Source of the DNA: Naegleria gruberi
Taxonomy: Eukaryota
Assembly: GCA_000004985.1 (NCBI GenBank)
Contig: GG738854.1
Length of the DNA stretch: 64,000 bases
Reading direction: 5' to 3' (one strand)
Shown piece by piece: positions 1 to 9,706 of this stretch (position 1 is its first letter; every line of letters starts with the position of its first letter). Made by a program: the position numbers and the translations under genes. A model generated the notes under the pieces. That model was not told the DNA's origin. It searched no databases and worked only from the letters and a program-made list of their open reading frames with translations.

Positions 1-20
1 GAAATACAGTAAATAGTAAA

Positions 21-3000
21 TTGACCAATAGTACTTTCTGTACTTTTAAAGAGTCACCATGCACTTCCATTCAACAAGCCATCGATCAGGTACTGGAAAT
101 GTACTATGATAAGAAAATAATTGAACAGCCAAGTGCTCGTTTCATTCTAATGCCCAATCTCTCTGCAGGCCATCATCCATCGAAAAGACTCATCTATGGA
201 AAGGATCAGTGTGATAACTCTTTCAATAGATGGTTTTACTACTTATTACTTGAATCACATTCGAATGAAGAAATAATTGAATTTCAATGTGAGGGAGAAA
301 GTCTTGTCAACCCTCAAATGTTTTTTGGATTGTACTTGATGAGACTCAAGTTGAGGAATACCTTATTGCGTATTGATGAACGCATTGTTGTCTTGTACAT
401 GTATGGAGTACATGCCACAAATTCTAGAATTGGATTTACTAGAAAGGGAGATGATGTCATTATGAAATATTCACTCCTTTACAGTTATTTTGGAGATGGG
501 GATATTCAATTGGAGGCAAGTGATATTAATATTAATGGATCTATTGTTGAGCGAGTTACAATGTACTCGACCAGTAAGACCAGTATGAACATTACCCACT
601 CAAGGATCACACAATTCAAGTTTACCTCATCATCTGGTGGGGAATTTTCTAATTTTGATATTTTAATTTCCTTTTCGAAACTTAATAATACTGAATGGTA
701 TATTAGTAACTTTGGAAATGTGCAGTTGGATCAAATTGATATTTTCAATGATTTTCAAATCTCAATATTTTACACTAGCTCTATTTCTATTAGTCAACTA
801 TACACGAGAGGGAACAATGTACGATTTTATGCAATCTTTGTGGGGATTAGTGGTGGTATCCAAATTGAAAAATCATACTTTAATTCACTCACAAATTTTG
901 GAAATTCGAAAAACATATTTGACATTACTGCTACACCTATTTTAAATATCGAAAACTCTGTATTTTCCAACAGTAATCCATTATTTGGCGTGGCTGTTTG
1001 CGGTGAATTGAGGGGATACAATTTACAATTTATTGGAAACAAGGGTCCTTGCATATATTCTGATCTTGATAAAGGATTGGGTGTGAGCAGTGTTTCTATT
1101 TCACAATCAAAATTCATCAACAATTCATGTAGTGATTGTTCTGGAGGAGCTCTATTCTTGAGAGGTGTTGGATTTTTGGGTTTAGATTCCTCTTTTGTGG
1201 GAAATACTGCTACCAATGGAGGAGCATGTTACATTTCGGCCAGCTCAATAGGATTGAGCCAAGCCCAATTCATGGACAATAGAGCAACATTGAAAGGAGG
1301 AGCTTTTTATGTTGAATTTGTGGATAGTGGTTCCATGAATGGGGCATTTAACTTTGAATGTATCAATAACGTAGCTCAATACTCTGGAGGTTGTTACTAT
1401 TCTACTAACAGGACCTTAACATTTGAATTAATTGATCCAATTTTGGAAAGAAACCGTGCAAACTCCTATGGTGAAACATTTGGATACCCATTTTTTGATT
1501 TGAACTATCTCATTACCGTAACATATGGAAACGGAACAATATATACAGGTGTTTCTAACTCTTTTCCAGAACTTTCATTATATGCAGGTCAAATTATTTC
1601 AACCATTGAAATTACATTGTGGAACAATCGAACAGATCGAGTATCCTATTTGGAGTTGCCAATGGAGATTGAAGTGAACACGTCTCTTGTATTGCTCAAT
1701 TATGAACAAAAGAAAAACCCCTTCAATTCGACAATAACAATTGAGAATATCTATTTCACTCAAATGGCTGTGCTTCCTTCTCTCCAAAATTTCTTCACTT
1801 TACAGATGAAGATTGAGAATTTCAATCTCACAGCAATGGTCACTGTGCTGGATTGCCCTCACGGCTTATCTCTAGTCCAAAGTGTTGCACAAATTGGTAC
1901 TCTTACCTGTATTTTGAATCCAACAATACCTTATCAAATCATTATACCAGTCGTTTCAGTTGTTACACTGATTATTGTTGGAATTATTGCATTTTGTACT
2001 TTTTTCATTATTAGAATGACTCTTGTCATCGTAAGAAAACTTAAATTACTCAATAGAAAACTGGAAGCTGAAAAGAAAATGGAATCCAAACTATTACAAA
2101 AGCGAGTTGCCCTCATGGATGATGACAATGATGAGATGAATGAAAAATCATCACTTTTAATCAACTCAAATGGTGAAAGCAGCAATAACTACCATTCCCT
2201 GATGGATCATTCTTCCTCATGGATCATATCTATTGATGACATTGAGATTTTGAAAAAGATTGCTGAAGGAGCAAGTGGTTGCATTTATCTTTGTGATTGG
2301 AAGGGCACTAAGGTAGCTCTTAAAACACTTAAAAATCAAATGGAAGTCGATAATGATATCCTTTTTGAACGGGAAGCAGCATTGCTCTCAACACTTAGAC
2401 ATCCCAATATTGTTCAATTTTTTGGTATCATATTTTGTTCTAGGAAATACATAGCTGTAGAATATTTGGAAAAGGGAAGTTTGGACAAGTTGATTTATGA
2501 TTCAAAAACTGGACAGGCCAAGTTGAATTTTACAAAAAAAATTGAGATTCTTTATGGGGTTGCAAAAGGAATGGCCTATCTACACACCATGAAACCAAAA
2601 CCAATCATACACAGAGACTTGAAACCTGGAAATATTTTAATAGACATCAACTTGACACCAAAGATTTGTGATTTTGGATTGAGTAGAGTTTGGAACAATT
2701 CATTTTCCAACCAATCAGCCCCAACCATGAATGTTGGAACTTTTTTCTACCTTGCCAATGTATGTTATTTCTATTTTATCACATTCTGATTATTAACATT
2801 TTCGTTTAGGAAATGATATCTGGAGATCAATATAACCACAAGGTAGATGTTTACAGTTTTGGAATAATAATGTGGGAATTGTTTTTTGAGGAGAGCCCTT
2901 ATATTAATCAACATTCTCCCAAGCTCTTTAAATATGGAGAGGCGAGAGATGATGATATTTCACACTTGGGTTTCAATGCATTAGGAAAGGTATTGAGCGG

Positions 3001-3241
3001 GGAGAGACCTACCATTCCATTCCATGATAAATCTTCAGTCAAATTATGGATTGCTGATTTCCTATTGGAACACCAATCAAATAATGACAAAATATTGGAT
3101 GCCACTACTAATGCAGTTATTCAGTATGTTGACTTGATGAAACAATGTTGGAGTGGAACTCCATCTGAAAGACCAGAATTTACAGAAATCACATTGAGTT
3201 TGTCAAATTTGTTGGATCAAGTTAGTGAATTCAAGATATAA
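21..3241 (+). CDS. Receptor-like protein kinase, 5' partial. It has an extracellular Gly-rich parallel-beta-helix-like repeat domain, one TM helix and a Ser/Thr-type (TKL-like) kinase. Exons are 21..2759 and 2810..3241.
   Basis: The ORF is open from the window edge with no signal peptide. The first in-frame ATG is at 99, so the true start is probably upstream. Repeats of the form GGA(C/L)Y.. are followed by the TM helix IIIPVVSVVTLIIVGIIAFCTFFII. Kinase motifs are GASGCIYLC..VALK, HRDLKPGNILID and DFGLSRV. The 50-nt intron 2760..2809 (gtatgt..tttag) joins in frame to ..YLAN|EMISGDQ..DVYSFGIIMWE (subdomains VIII-IX). The stop is at 3239-3241. Confidence 0.8.
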
Positions 3242-3388
3242 CTTGACAGTTTTCCAACTTGTCCAGTAGATCCAACAGCGATGCCTGACATTTCGCATTA
3301 CTAAAATTAATTTCCACTTCCACTCAACATTACGATGAAAAATAAATACATTTCATGATGATAATCCACCAATAAAAATTTAGGGCCA

Positions 3389-6300
3389 TTGGATACAGAT
3401 TCAAACCACGCCACATTTGTAGCTCAAATTAATTTACAAGATTTGAGATTTTATCATTCACCAAAAAGTTATTTACCAGAAAAGGGATGGTTATTCTTTT
3501 TTGTTGGATCTGATAATGGCATTCATTCACAAGATATGAAGCAACCATTTTCTTTCTATTGGAATGGTTCAAAGAATGATTTGAAAAGAGTGGAAAAACC
3601 TGAAGATGTCGCGATTGAGTTGGTAAATCGTTTAATTTTTGATGAATCTTGTGAGCAATTGGAATTTCAATATCCAGACAAGTATGAGTATTATTCTACT
3701 TTCTTTAAATTGTTTGGTCATTCAATTTATCATACCTATCCTGAAACTACAGTGTTATTGGCCTCAACAGGTTATGCATTCTTTTTAGAGAATGAAATTG
3801 AGATAAGAAAGAGAAAGGGAGTTCAATCTCTGATTAGTAGATATGAAAGAAGAGGAAAATCTGAATATGTTTCACCTTCTAATGTTTCAATTCTATCTCA
3901 AGATAGCAATGATAATGATGGACAACATAACATGTTTGAGACATTTTATCCTAGTGCTTTGATATTCAGGAGATATAGCTCTATACACCAGAGTAGAATC
4001 ACTGATTTGGATAATAATTCATATCTTCCATTATTTCTCAAGAATTATAAACCAAAAATCAGTGAAGAACCAACAAAATTTTGGAGAAGAACCGATTTTT
4101 TGACTCCAGGTCAAGAAATTAAAGCTCCTAAAAAGATGCTTACTGCAAATTTTGTAAAGCAAGATCCTGTAACTGATTGGGAGGATCAATCACTTCCTGA
4201 AACAGTTTCAAACAAGGATAAGTGTTTCAAAATTAGCTGTATACTCTCTCCTGATGAGTGTGCAGATTTAAGAATTTGCTCCTTACCTTTCTATACCAAT
4301 ATCCAATCAGAATATCCAACAGAATATAGAAATTGTGAAAGAGCTCTATTGAAGAGTCAAAAATTAGCTGACCTATTGTGGGATAGAATTAGCCCATACT
4401 TTAATTCAACAGATTTCAAGAATGTACAACCGTATGGATTTGACAATAGTGGTGTATGGAAACCAATGGAAATTAATCCATGTTTCCGTTTCTCAGTCTA
4501 CACAACAGATGAAACAACAGGAACCTATTTCAAACCTCACAAAGATGCTCAATTTGTTAAGAATGATAATGAAAAGAGTATTTTCACAGTTTTACTCTAT
4601 TTGAACTATGTGAGATTTGGTGGTTCCACAACTTTCCTCCAAAAAGTTAGAGATGAATCAGAAGATGGATCTGAAATGACTTTTAGAATTATTCATGATC
4701 AATCACCTGAATCAGGAGCTGTTGTTATATTCAATCATGATCTTTATCATCAGGGTTCTCCTGTTGAACGTTATGAAAAGATTATTTTGAGAACTGAGAT
4801 TATATTCAAGAGAGTTGACTCTTTGAGTGTTCCTCGTTCTGATTATAGAAATACACAAGATTATCTCAAAGTTAAACAGTTAATTGAGGAATCAAATGAA
4901 TTAGAAAGACAAGGAGATACCAAACAATCACTCCTCAAATATCTTCATGCGTTGGATGTTCAGACAAACATTTCTCCATCTCTCCAATGGTCTGATTTGA
5001 GTAATAAGAGTCATTTGGAGAGATTGCCTGAGGAAATTATTGGTGTTATTTGTTCCTTCTTAACAAGTAGTCAAATTGCAACACTAATGTTGCCACTTTC
5101 TTCTTTATTGAACTCTTACTCTAGAAATCCAACAATTTGGAAGGAAAAATATGAACAAGAATGGAAAGATGAAAACCAAGAAGAACAAGAAGAGGAAGAA
5201 GTTGAAGAAACAGATATTTTATGTTTTTATGATGAAAAACAAGTCAAATGTCAAAGAAATGAAACTATTTTCATTGAGGCATTAAAAGAATATAAGGATT
5301 GGTATGCATTATATGTTTCACGTAAGAGTATGGACAAGTTCTGGTCTCCAGTATTACTCGATACAGGTCGTAGCACCTATCGTTATTCTTTACAAAATAG
5401 TGAAACTGCAGAGAAGGATTTAATGATGTGCAGAAAACCAAATCATCCACAGTATGTATTATTCAATGGATTCAGAATTATAATATTTTAATATAGTTTC
5501 AATTTACCAGGGTTTGGATTGGAAGATATTCTTTCTGGAGCTAGAGCTGCAGATAATTTATACTTGACTCAGCCTCTTCCACTCGTTGACAGTTGTGGAA
5601 GAATTGAAGATTATAAGAATTTCAAGACTTTGTTATTCCAATTGTATGCAAATGATTTGAAAGTGAAATTTCAAATTCACCCTTTCGTGTTAGCAATTCC
5701 ATTTTCTTGGACAGAAAATGAAACTTTGCAGGTAAAGAAATTAATTTACGAACTTGGAATTCCATTATCATGCTTGGTTGACTCTTCCAAATTAATTGCA
5801 CTTAATTATTCTAAACCTAATTGCATTGTTTTGAACATTTCATCAAGTGGTGTTGGTTGTGTTCCAATAAGAAATTATGAACCTTTGAATGAATTGAAAT
5901 TATTCGAACCATTCAATATTGCCGAACAAGTTTCATCTAATATGGAAGTTGGGGATAATATCTATGGAGTGTTGAGATTGGTTCTTACCATTCCACCAAC
6001 TCCACCAGAACTTTACGAAACTCTAAAAGAAATATGGGAAGGATTCATCTATGAATCTGAAATTTCATTGGAAGTGGGTGGATATGAGAGAAGTTTTGAT
6101 GTAACTAGATTATTTGATGCTGGAAACCAATTTTATATTACTGCCTTTGAGGCATTAAGGACAAGAATTGAATCTTTGAATAAGGGTGACGCTAGTAATG
6201 CTGAGCATGATGTTTTGATTTGTGGTGGATTTTCTTCAGTAAAAGGAATGAAAGAAAGGTTAACTCGTGAGATTAGAGAAATTTATCCAAATATCAATTT

Positions 6301-6394
6301 AGAATTCAAATCTGATGATATGGAAGTTATTGGAGGTGCTAAAATATTTTGCAGTCTGCCAAGCTTTAAGGAACAACTCCAGGTTAGTCAATAG
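3389..6394 (+). CDS. Multidomain protein: an N-terminal region of unknown function, a P4H-type 2OG-Fe(II) oxygenase domain, an F-box, an acidic linker and an actin-related (Arp-like) ATPase domain. Exons are >=3389..5451 and 5497..6394. The 5' end is uncertain.
   Basis: The continuous 700-codon ORF 3389..5491 contains the oxygenase motifs FKPHKDAQF (HxD), TVLLYLNYVRFGGSTTF, VVIFNHDLYHQGSPV (distal His) and ILRTEIIF (Arg). The F-box is LERLPEEIIGVICSFLTSSQIATLMLPLSSLLNSY..TIW. The actin phosphate-1-like motif is VLLDTGRSTYRYS. The downstream ORF 5519..6394 is in the same frame and is actin-like: HPFVLAIP, ..CIVLNISSSGVGCVPI, DVLICGGFSSVKGMKERLTREIREI, VIGGAKIFCSL. A 45-nt GTATGT..TATAG segment at 5452..5496 removes the intervening TAA in frame. 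A sequence ending tttag lies immediately upstream of 3389. No ATG-containing upstream exon was found. The first in-frame ATG is at 3536. Confidence 0.6.
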
Positions 6395-6405
6395 ATGTTC
6401 TTTAT

Positions 6406-7554
6406 TTAAGCCAGGCCAATATCTAATGCCATCATGGCCACAAATCCAATAAAAAAGAATAAAATTGAAATCTTTGCCAAGATTTGACTTTTTGAAGTTT
6501 TTGACATGGTGAGTGGAACTAACTCTTCAATCACTACTACAAGCATGACTCCAGAGGCACAAGAAAGGGCATACGGTAAAATTGTAGATGAGATAAATAC
6601 CAATAAACAACCAAATAGACCTCCTAATGGTTCAGTCAATCCAGAGGCTGCTCCTAAAGCAAATGCTTTCCATATTCTTCTGGAGAGAGATCCATTAGTT
6701 TCAGATCCAAATATTGGAAAGGTTACAGAGATACCTTCTGTAATATTCTGGATAGCAATTGAAAATGAAAGAGCAATTGCACTAAACAGTGTAGCTCCAG
6801 AACTTGCAGAATTGGCTGCCGCAGCAAAGGCAACTCCCACGATAATTCCTTCTGGAATATTATGTAGAGTCATGGCTGTGAAAATAACCCAGCTCTTGTG
6901 TCTATTTTCTATTTTATGATGTTCCAAATCAATTTCATCTTGTTGATTAACATTATCAGAACTTTCAATTTGATTCATTTCCACGTTCTCTTCCACCGAA
7001 TCATTTACTTGAATTCCTCTACTTTTTTTCAATTTCTTCTCAATAAATTGTTGAATTTTGTGAACTAATCCATCAAAAATCATAATAGCAACAACTCCAA
7101 CTAGAAAACTCAATCCAACAACTAATAGCATTTCAAATTTTGTATCATCTTCTCCAAAATGATTAATGGCAGGTAATAATAAACTAAAGAATGAAGCACC
7201 TAACATGACACCAGCTCCAAATGAAATTGACAATGGAATCAAGACATCATTTGTGAATGAAACATTTTGATATTCATTACTAGTTTTCCAAAATTTACCA
7301 AAAACCAATCTTCCAAGAAGGTTAGAAAATTTAGAATTTACAGAATTTCTACTTTCGAATTTGGAACAATACGAACAAAAGATCAAACTAGCTCCGAGGG
7401 CAGTGGTGGCCGAATTGATGAGTGTGAAAATAAGAGTTTGAAACACTGGATGAATACCCAATAGAAAATCCGTAACATGTCCATTTTGAGTTGTGTTAGA
7501 ATATGATGGGAGGGAATCATTAGCAAGTAAATAGAGAGGGAACAAGTCGGACAT
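6406..7554 (-). CDS. ZIP family (ZupT/ZIP11-like) zinc/iron permease, single exon.
   Basis: The 382-aa ORF starts with ATG at 7554 in an A-rich context. It has multiple TM helices, the ZIP signature HNIPEGIIVGVAFAA and a His-rich cytoplasmic loop (DLEHHKIENRHK). Confidence 0.85.
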   Translation of the reverse strand: MSDLFPLYLLANDSLPSYSNTTQNGHVTDFLLGIHPVFQTLIFTLINSATTALGASLIFCSYCSKFESRNSVNSKFSNLLGRLVFGKFWKTSNEYQNVSFTNDVLIPLSISFGAGVMLGASFFSLLLPAINHFGEDDTKFEMLLVVGLSFLVGVVAIMIFDGLVHKIQQFIEKKLKKSRGIQVNDSVEENVEMNQIESSDNVNQQDEIDLEHHKIENRHKSWVIFTAMTLHNIPEGIIVGVAFAAAANSASSGATLFSAIALSFSIAIQNITEGISVTFPIFGSETNGSLSRRIWKAFALGAASGLTEPLGGLFGCLLVFISSTILPYALSCASGVMLVVVIEELVPLTMSKTSKSQILAKISILFFFIGFVAMMALDIGLA

Positions 7555-7846
7555 TTTTCAATGCAATGTACAACTGAACACACACTGTGTTGACAAAGAG
7601 AGAGATGGTGAGTAAAAGGTGGCAGCGTTTGATTTACTTACATTTTTTTCTATTTTGGTTTGCTCCATAATTGGCCCTCATTACATGTGACAGTAAAATG
7701 CAACAACTTTCTACAATGAAATGTTGGTAAGTTTAAATGAAATATTTATATTGTAGATATATCTGGAACAAACAATTCCAATAAAAACCATATATACTAT
7801 AAGAATAATAAGAACATTGAGGAGACGAGTTGCTCCTCCACATTTT

Positions 7847-9202
7847 TCAATCCAAATGATTATTATATTTATCAACTTGTGAACTCATATCATATAATAA
7901 TTGAGCTTGTTTATCCAAATCATCAGAAAATGAATTGGCAATTCCACCAACTTGTTGAATTTGACCAAGTAAAATATCTATTTTGATATCTTGAATAGCT
8001 TTAGCTTGTTCTATTTGTTCCAAACCTTCACTAATGTCAACTGAGGGAATTTCATTCTTTGCTTTTTGAAAACTTTCAACAGAATCAAATTTGACATTCT
8101 TTAGTTCAATATCATCATGGAGTTCTTCACCCATCATTAAGGTGTGTTTTGCTTGCACTAATTTACTGGAATCCATGAAATGTTGAATATCATTCTCTCT
8201 TTGCTTTCTCATTTGAAGCAGCATTTGAATTTCTTTCCATAATAAAGTTTTTTGAAAAGCTTGTTTATGAATTGTTATTAATTAATTCATTTCATCTTCC
8301 ATCTTTGAGATTGACTTTCTAATATCATTATTTAAACGAGCATTGCTAATTTGTCGTTCCTTTGTTTCTAATAAAGATTCGACTTTATCAATGGCAAGTT
8401 TAACATTAACTATTCAAGGTGTAAATGAAACTATAAATGTTATTATTTACCTTTTTGTTGTTCAAACTTGTCCAACTTTTTTAGTTTCTGTTGAAATTCT
8501 TTTTGTGTGTCTAATTGAGCACTTTCGACAACTTGTCCACAATCTATTCTAGGGAAGAAGGATAAATTACAGCACGCAGGGGGAGAGGGGGTCTTGGCCA
8601 AATTATTAAAATAAAAATTAAAAAATTAAAAAATAATAAATAAAATAGAATGATTTCATTTGCAAAAACCGCTACAAGATGACCGTTAAATATTCAACAA
8701 AAAAAAAACAACAATTACTCATCATGATTTCATCACCACCCTGCTAAATAACAACCTTCATCACGCTACCTTGATACCACCGGAGGAGAAGTTCTTTTGC
8801 TTCCTTCCACATCATAGCCAACATTCAACATCTGTCATTTACTTGAAGTTGTTGGTACATTGAAGTGAGGGTTCAGAACGAACACCAATCACACTTGGCC
8901 ATTGTTCAGAACCCAGAAAGTGCTTGTTGCTCGAAGAACAAGTGGTAATTGATACTTTGAACGCCCTGTTTTTCTCTTGGTCTAATAAAGACTTGTATTG
9001 TTAATAAACTTCTATCTATAACAAATCATGAAAAAAAATCATACAACACCCTCAGTTGGTAGGAGGGGGTTCCAGACGGCCAAAAAGTGTAATTTATCCT
9101 TCTTCCCCTAATCTGATAAAGTCGACGTAGTAGATCAGCCAAACCTGGTGAAGTTTGCATTAAATCTATTGTTTCTATAATGTTAGAATCTATGTCTGCC
9201 AT
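7847..9202 (-). CDS. Qc-SNARE (syntaxin-8/Tlg1-like) protein interrupted by a 546-bp TIR element. With the element removed the coding segments are 9202..9098, 8548..8451 and 8409..7847, with intron 8410..8450. This copy also has an in-frame TAA at 8282-8284.
   Basis: The C-terminal SNARE heptad motif is IEQAKAIQDIKIDILLGQIQQVGGIANSFSDDLDKQAQLLYDMSSQV. The upstream coiled-coil (Habc-like) reading NVKLAIDKVESLLETKERQISNARLNNDIRKS continues across a minus-strand gtaaat..gaatag intron. The ATG at 9202 (MADIDSNIIETIDL..LRRLYQIR) joins exactly in frame to IDCGQVVESAQLDTQKEFQQKL once 8552-9100 is deleted. No C-terminal TM segment was found. The paralogous copy at 58302-58789 has GAA instead of TAA at the equivalent position. 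Confidence 0.5.
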
Positions 9203-9706
9203 GTTATTTCTTTTTTTTAATTGTTTTGGTTCACTTGAGTTTGCTTTCGAATACAAATACTGATCTGGCCGAGTAAAAAAAAAATTGCTCCAAAGCAAAA
9301 ACCTTAAAAATAGATGGTTGTCATCAACTCGAATCTTAACAACAAATTCTTATTTGCCAGCCAACTTTCTTACCTACTAAGAGTATTAAAACCAATGTTT
9401 TTGAGTTTGGGTATAAAATATTGGAAGAACCTATGGACAACTGCCAATTCTATTTCATGTTATTGTGTTAGAGGAGAGTTTTACAAATATGGTTAGATTG
9501 AAATATCCTCAAGTAACATAATTTGTGACTGTAACCTTGGATAATAAGATTCTTTTGATAGTGGTAACCAGATCTAAAAATCTCAGAGGAAAAACAACTG
9601 AAATAAAAAATCCAACAACATGACATGGCCAACAACACAACAACAAACATGGAAACAACAAGGCTACATTGCATGTTGTATCATTCTTGTGTTATTGTGT
9701 TCAACA
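8060..9706. repeat. Copy A of a 1647-bp near-identical (about 99.7%) duplicated block. Copy B is at 58301-59947.
   Basis: The two copies sit at a constant offset of 50241 with no indels. Substitutions are seen at 8185 (g/t), 8220 (a/g), 8255 (a/t) and 8284 (a/c), plus the edge bases 8060 and 9706 next to the gaps. Confidence 0.9.
8552..9097. mobile_element. MITE-like non-autonomous DNA element, 546 bp, inserted in the SNARE coding exon. It has perfect 20-bp terminal inverted repeats (GGGAAGAAGGATAAATTACA) and a 3-bp CTA target-site duplication at 8549-8551 and 9098-9100.
   Basis: The arms at 8552-8571 and 9078-9097 are exact reverse complements. A direct CTA lies immediately outside each arm. 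The interior has a roughly 40%-GC non-coding core at about 8700-8958 that ends in a T-run, flanked by A/T-rich spacers. Excising the element plus one CTA restores a continuous ORF across the junction. Confidence 0.55.

Noticed and set aside
712-2185. Small ORFs nested in or antisense to the kinase gene (712..945, 827..1216, 1599..1787, 1934..2185).
   Set aside because: They lie entirely inside the long, motif-supported kinase reading frame on the same or opposite strand. They are short with no motifs, as expected from antisense or alternate frames of a coding region.
5452-5510. Alternative acceptor at 5510 (ttaccag) for the intron in the oxygenase-Arp gene.
   Set aside because: It gives a 59-nt intron that shifts the frame into an immediate stop. 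Only the 45-nt version (acceptor tatag at 5496) keeps the actin-fold reading frame.
6506-7583. ORFs 6506..6919 (+), 7267..7464 (+) and 7383..7583 (-) overlapping the ZIP transporter.
   Set aside because: They are antisense or alternate-frame ORFs inside a well-supported 382-codon ZIP gene. The Ala/Pro-rich translation is the typical mirror image of a TM-rich frame.
8343-8552. Plus-strand ORF (duplicated at 58584..58793) across the SNARE exon/intron.
   Set aside because: It is antisense to the SNARE coding exon, spans the minus-strand intron and starts at a TTG. There is no protein-like signal.
8700-8960. The GC-rich core of the TIR element as SRP, RNase P or MRP RNA.
   Set aside because: I could not find the CR-I/CR-V (RNase P) or SRP helix-8 conserved motifs by eye. 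It is kept only as an unclassified possible Pol III unit inside the element.
9314-9674. ORFs 9314..9496 (+) and 9468..9674 (-) between the SNARE start and the NHL-kinase start, with copies at 59555 and 59709.
   Set aside because: Short hydrophobic low-complexity translations of AT-rich promoter DNA. They overlap the 5' UTR and start region of the kinase gene.
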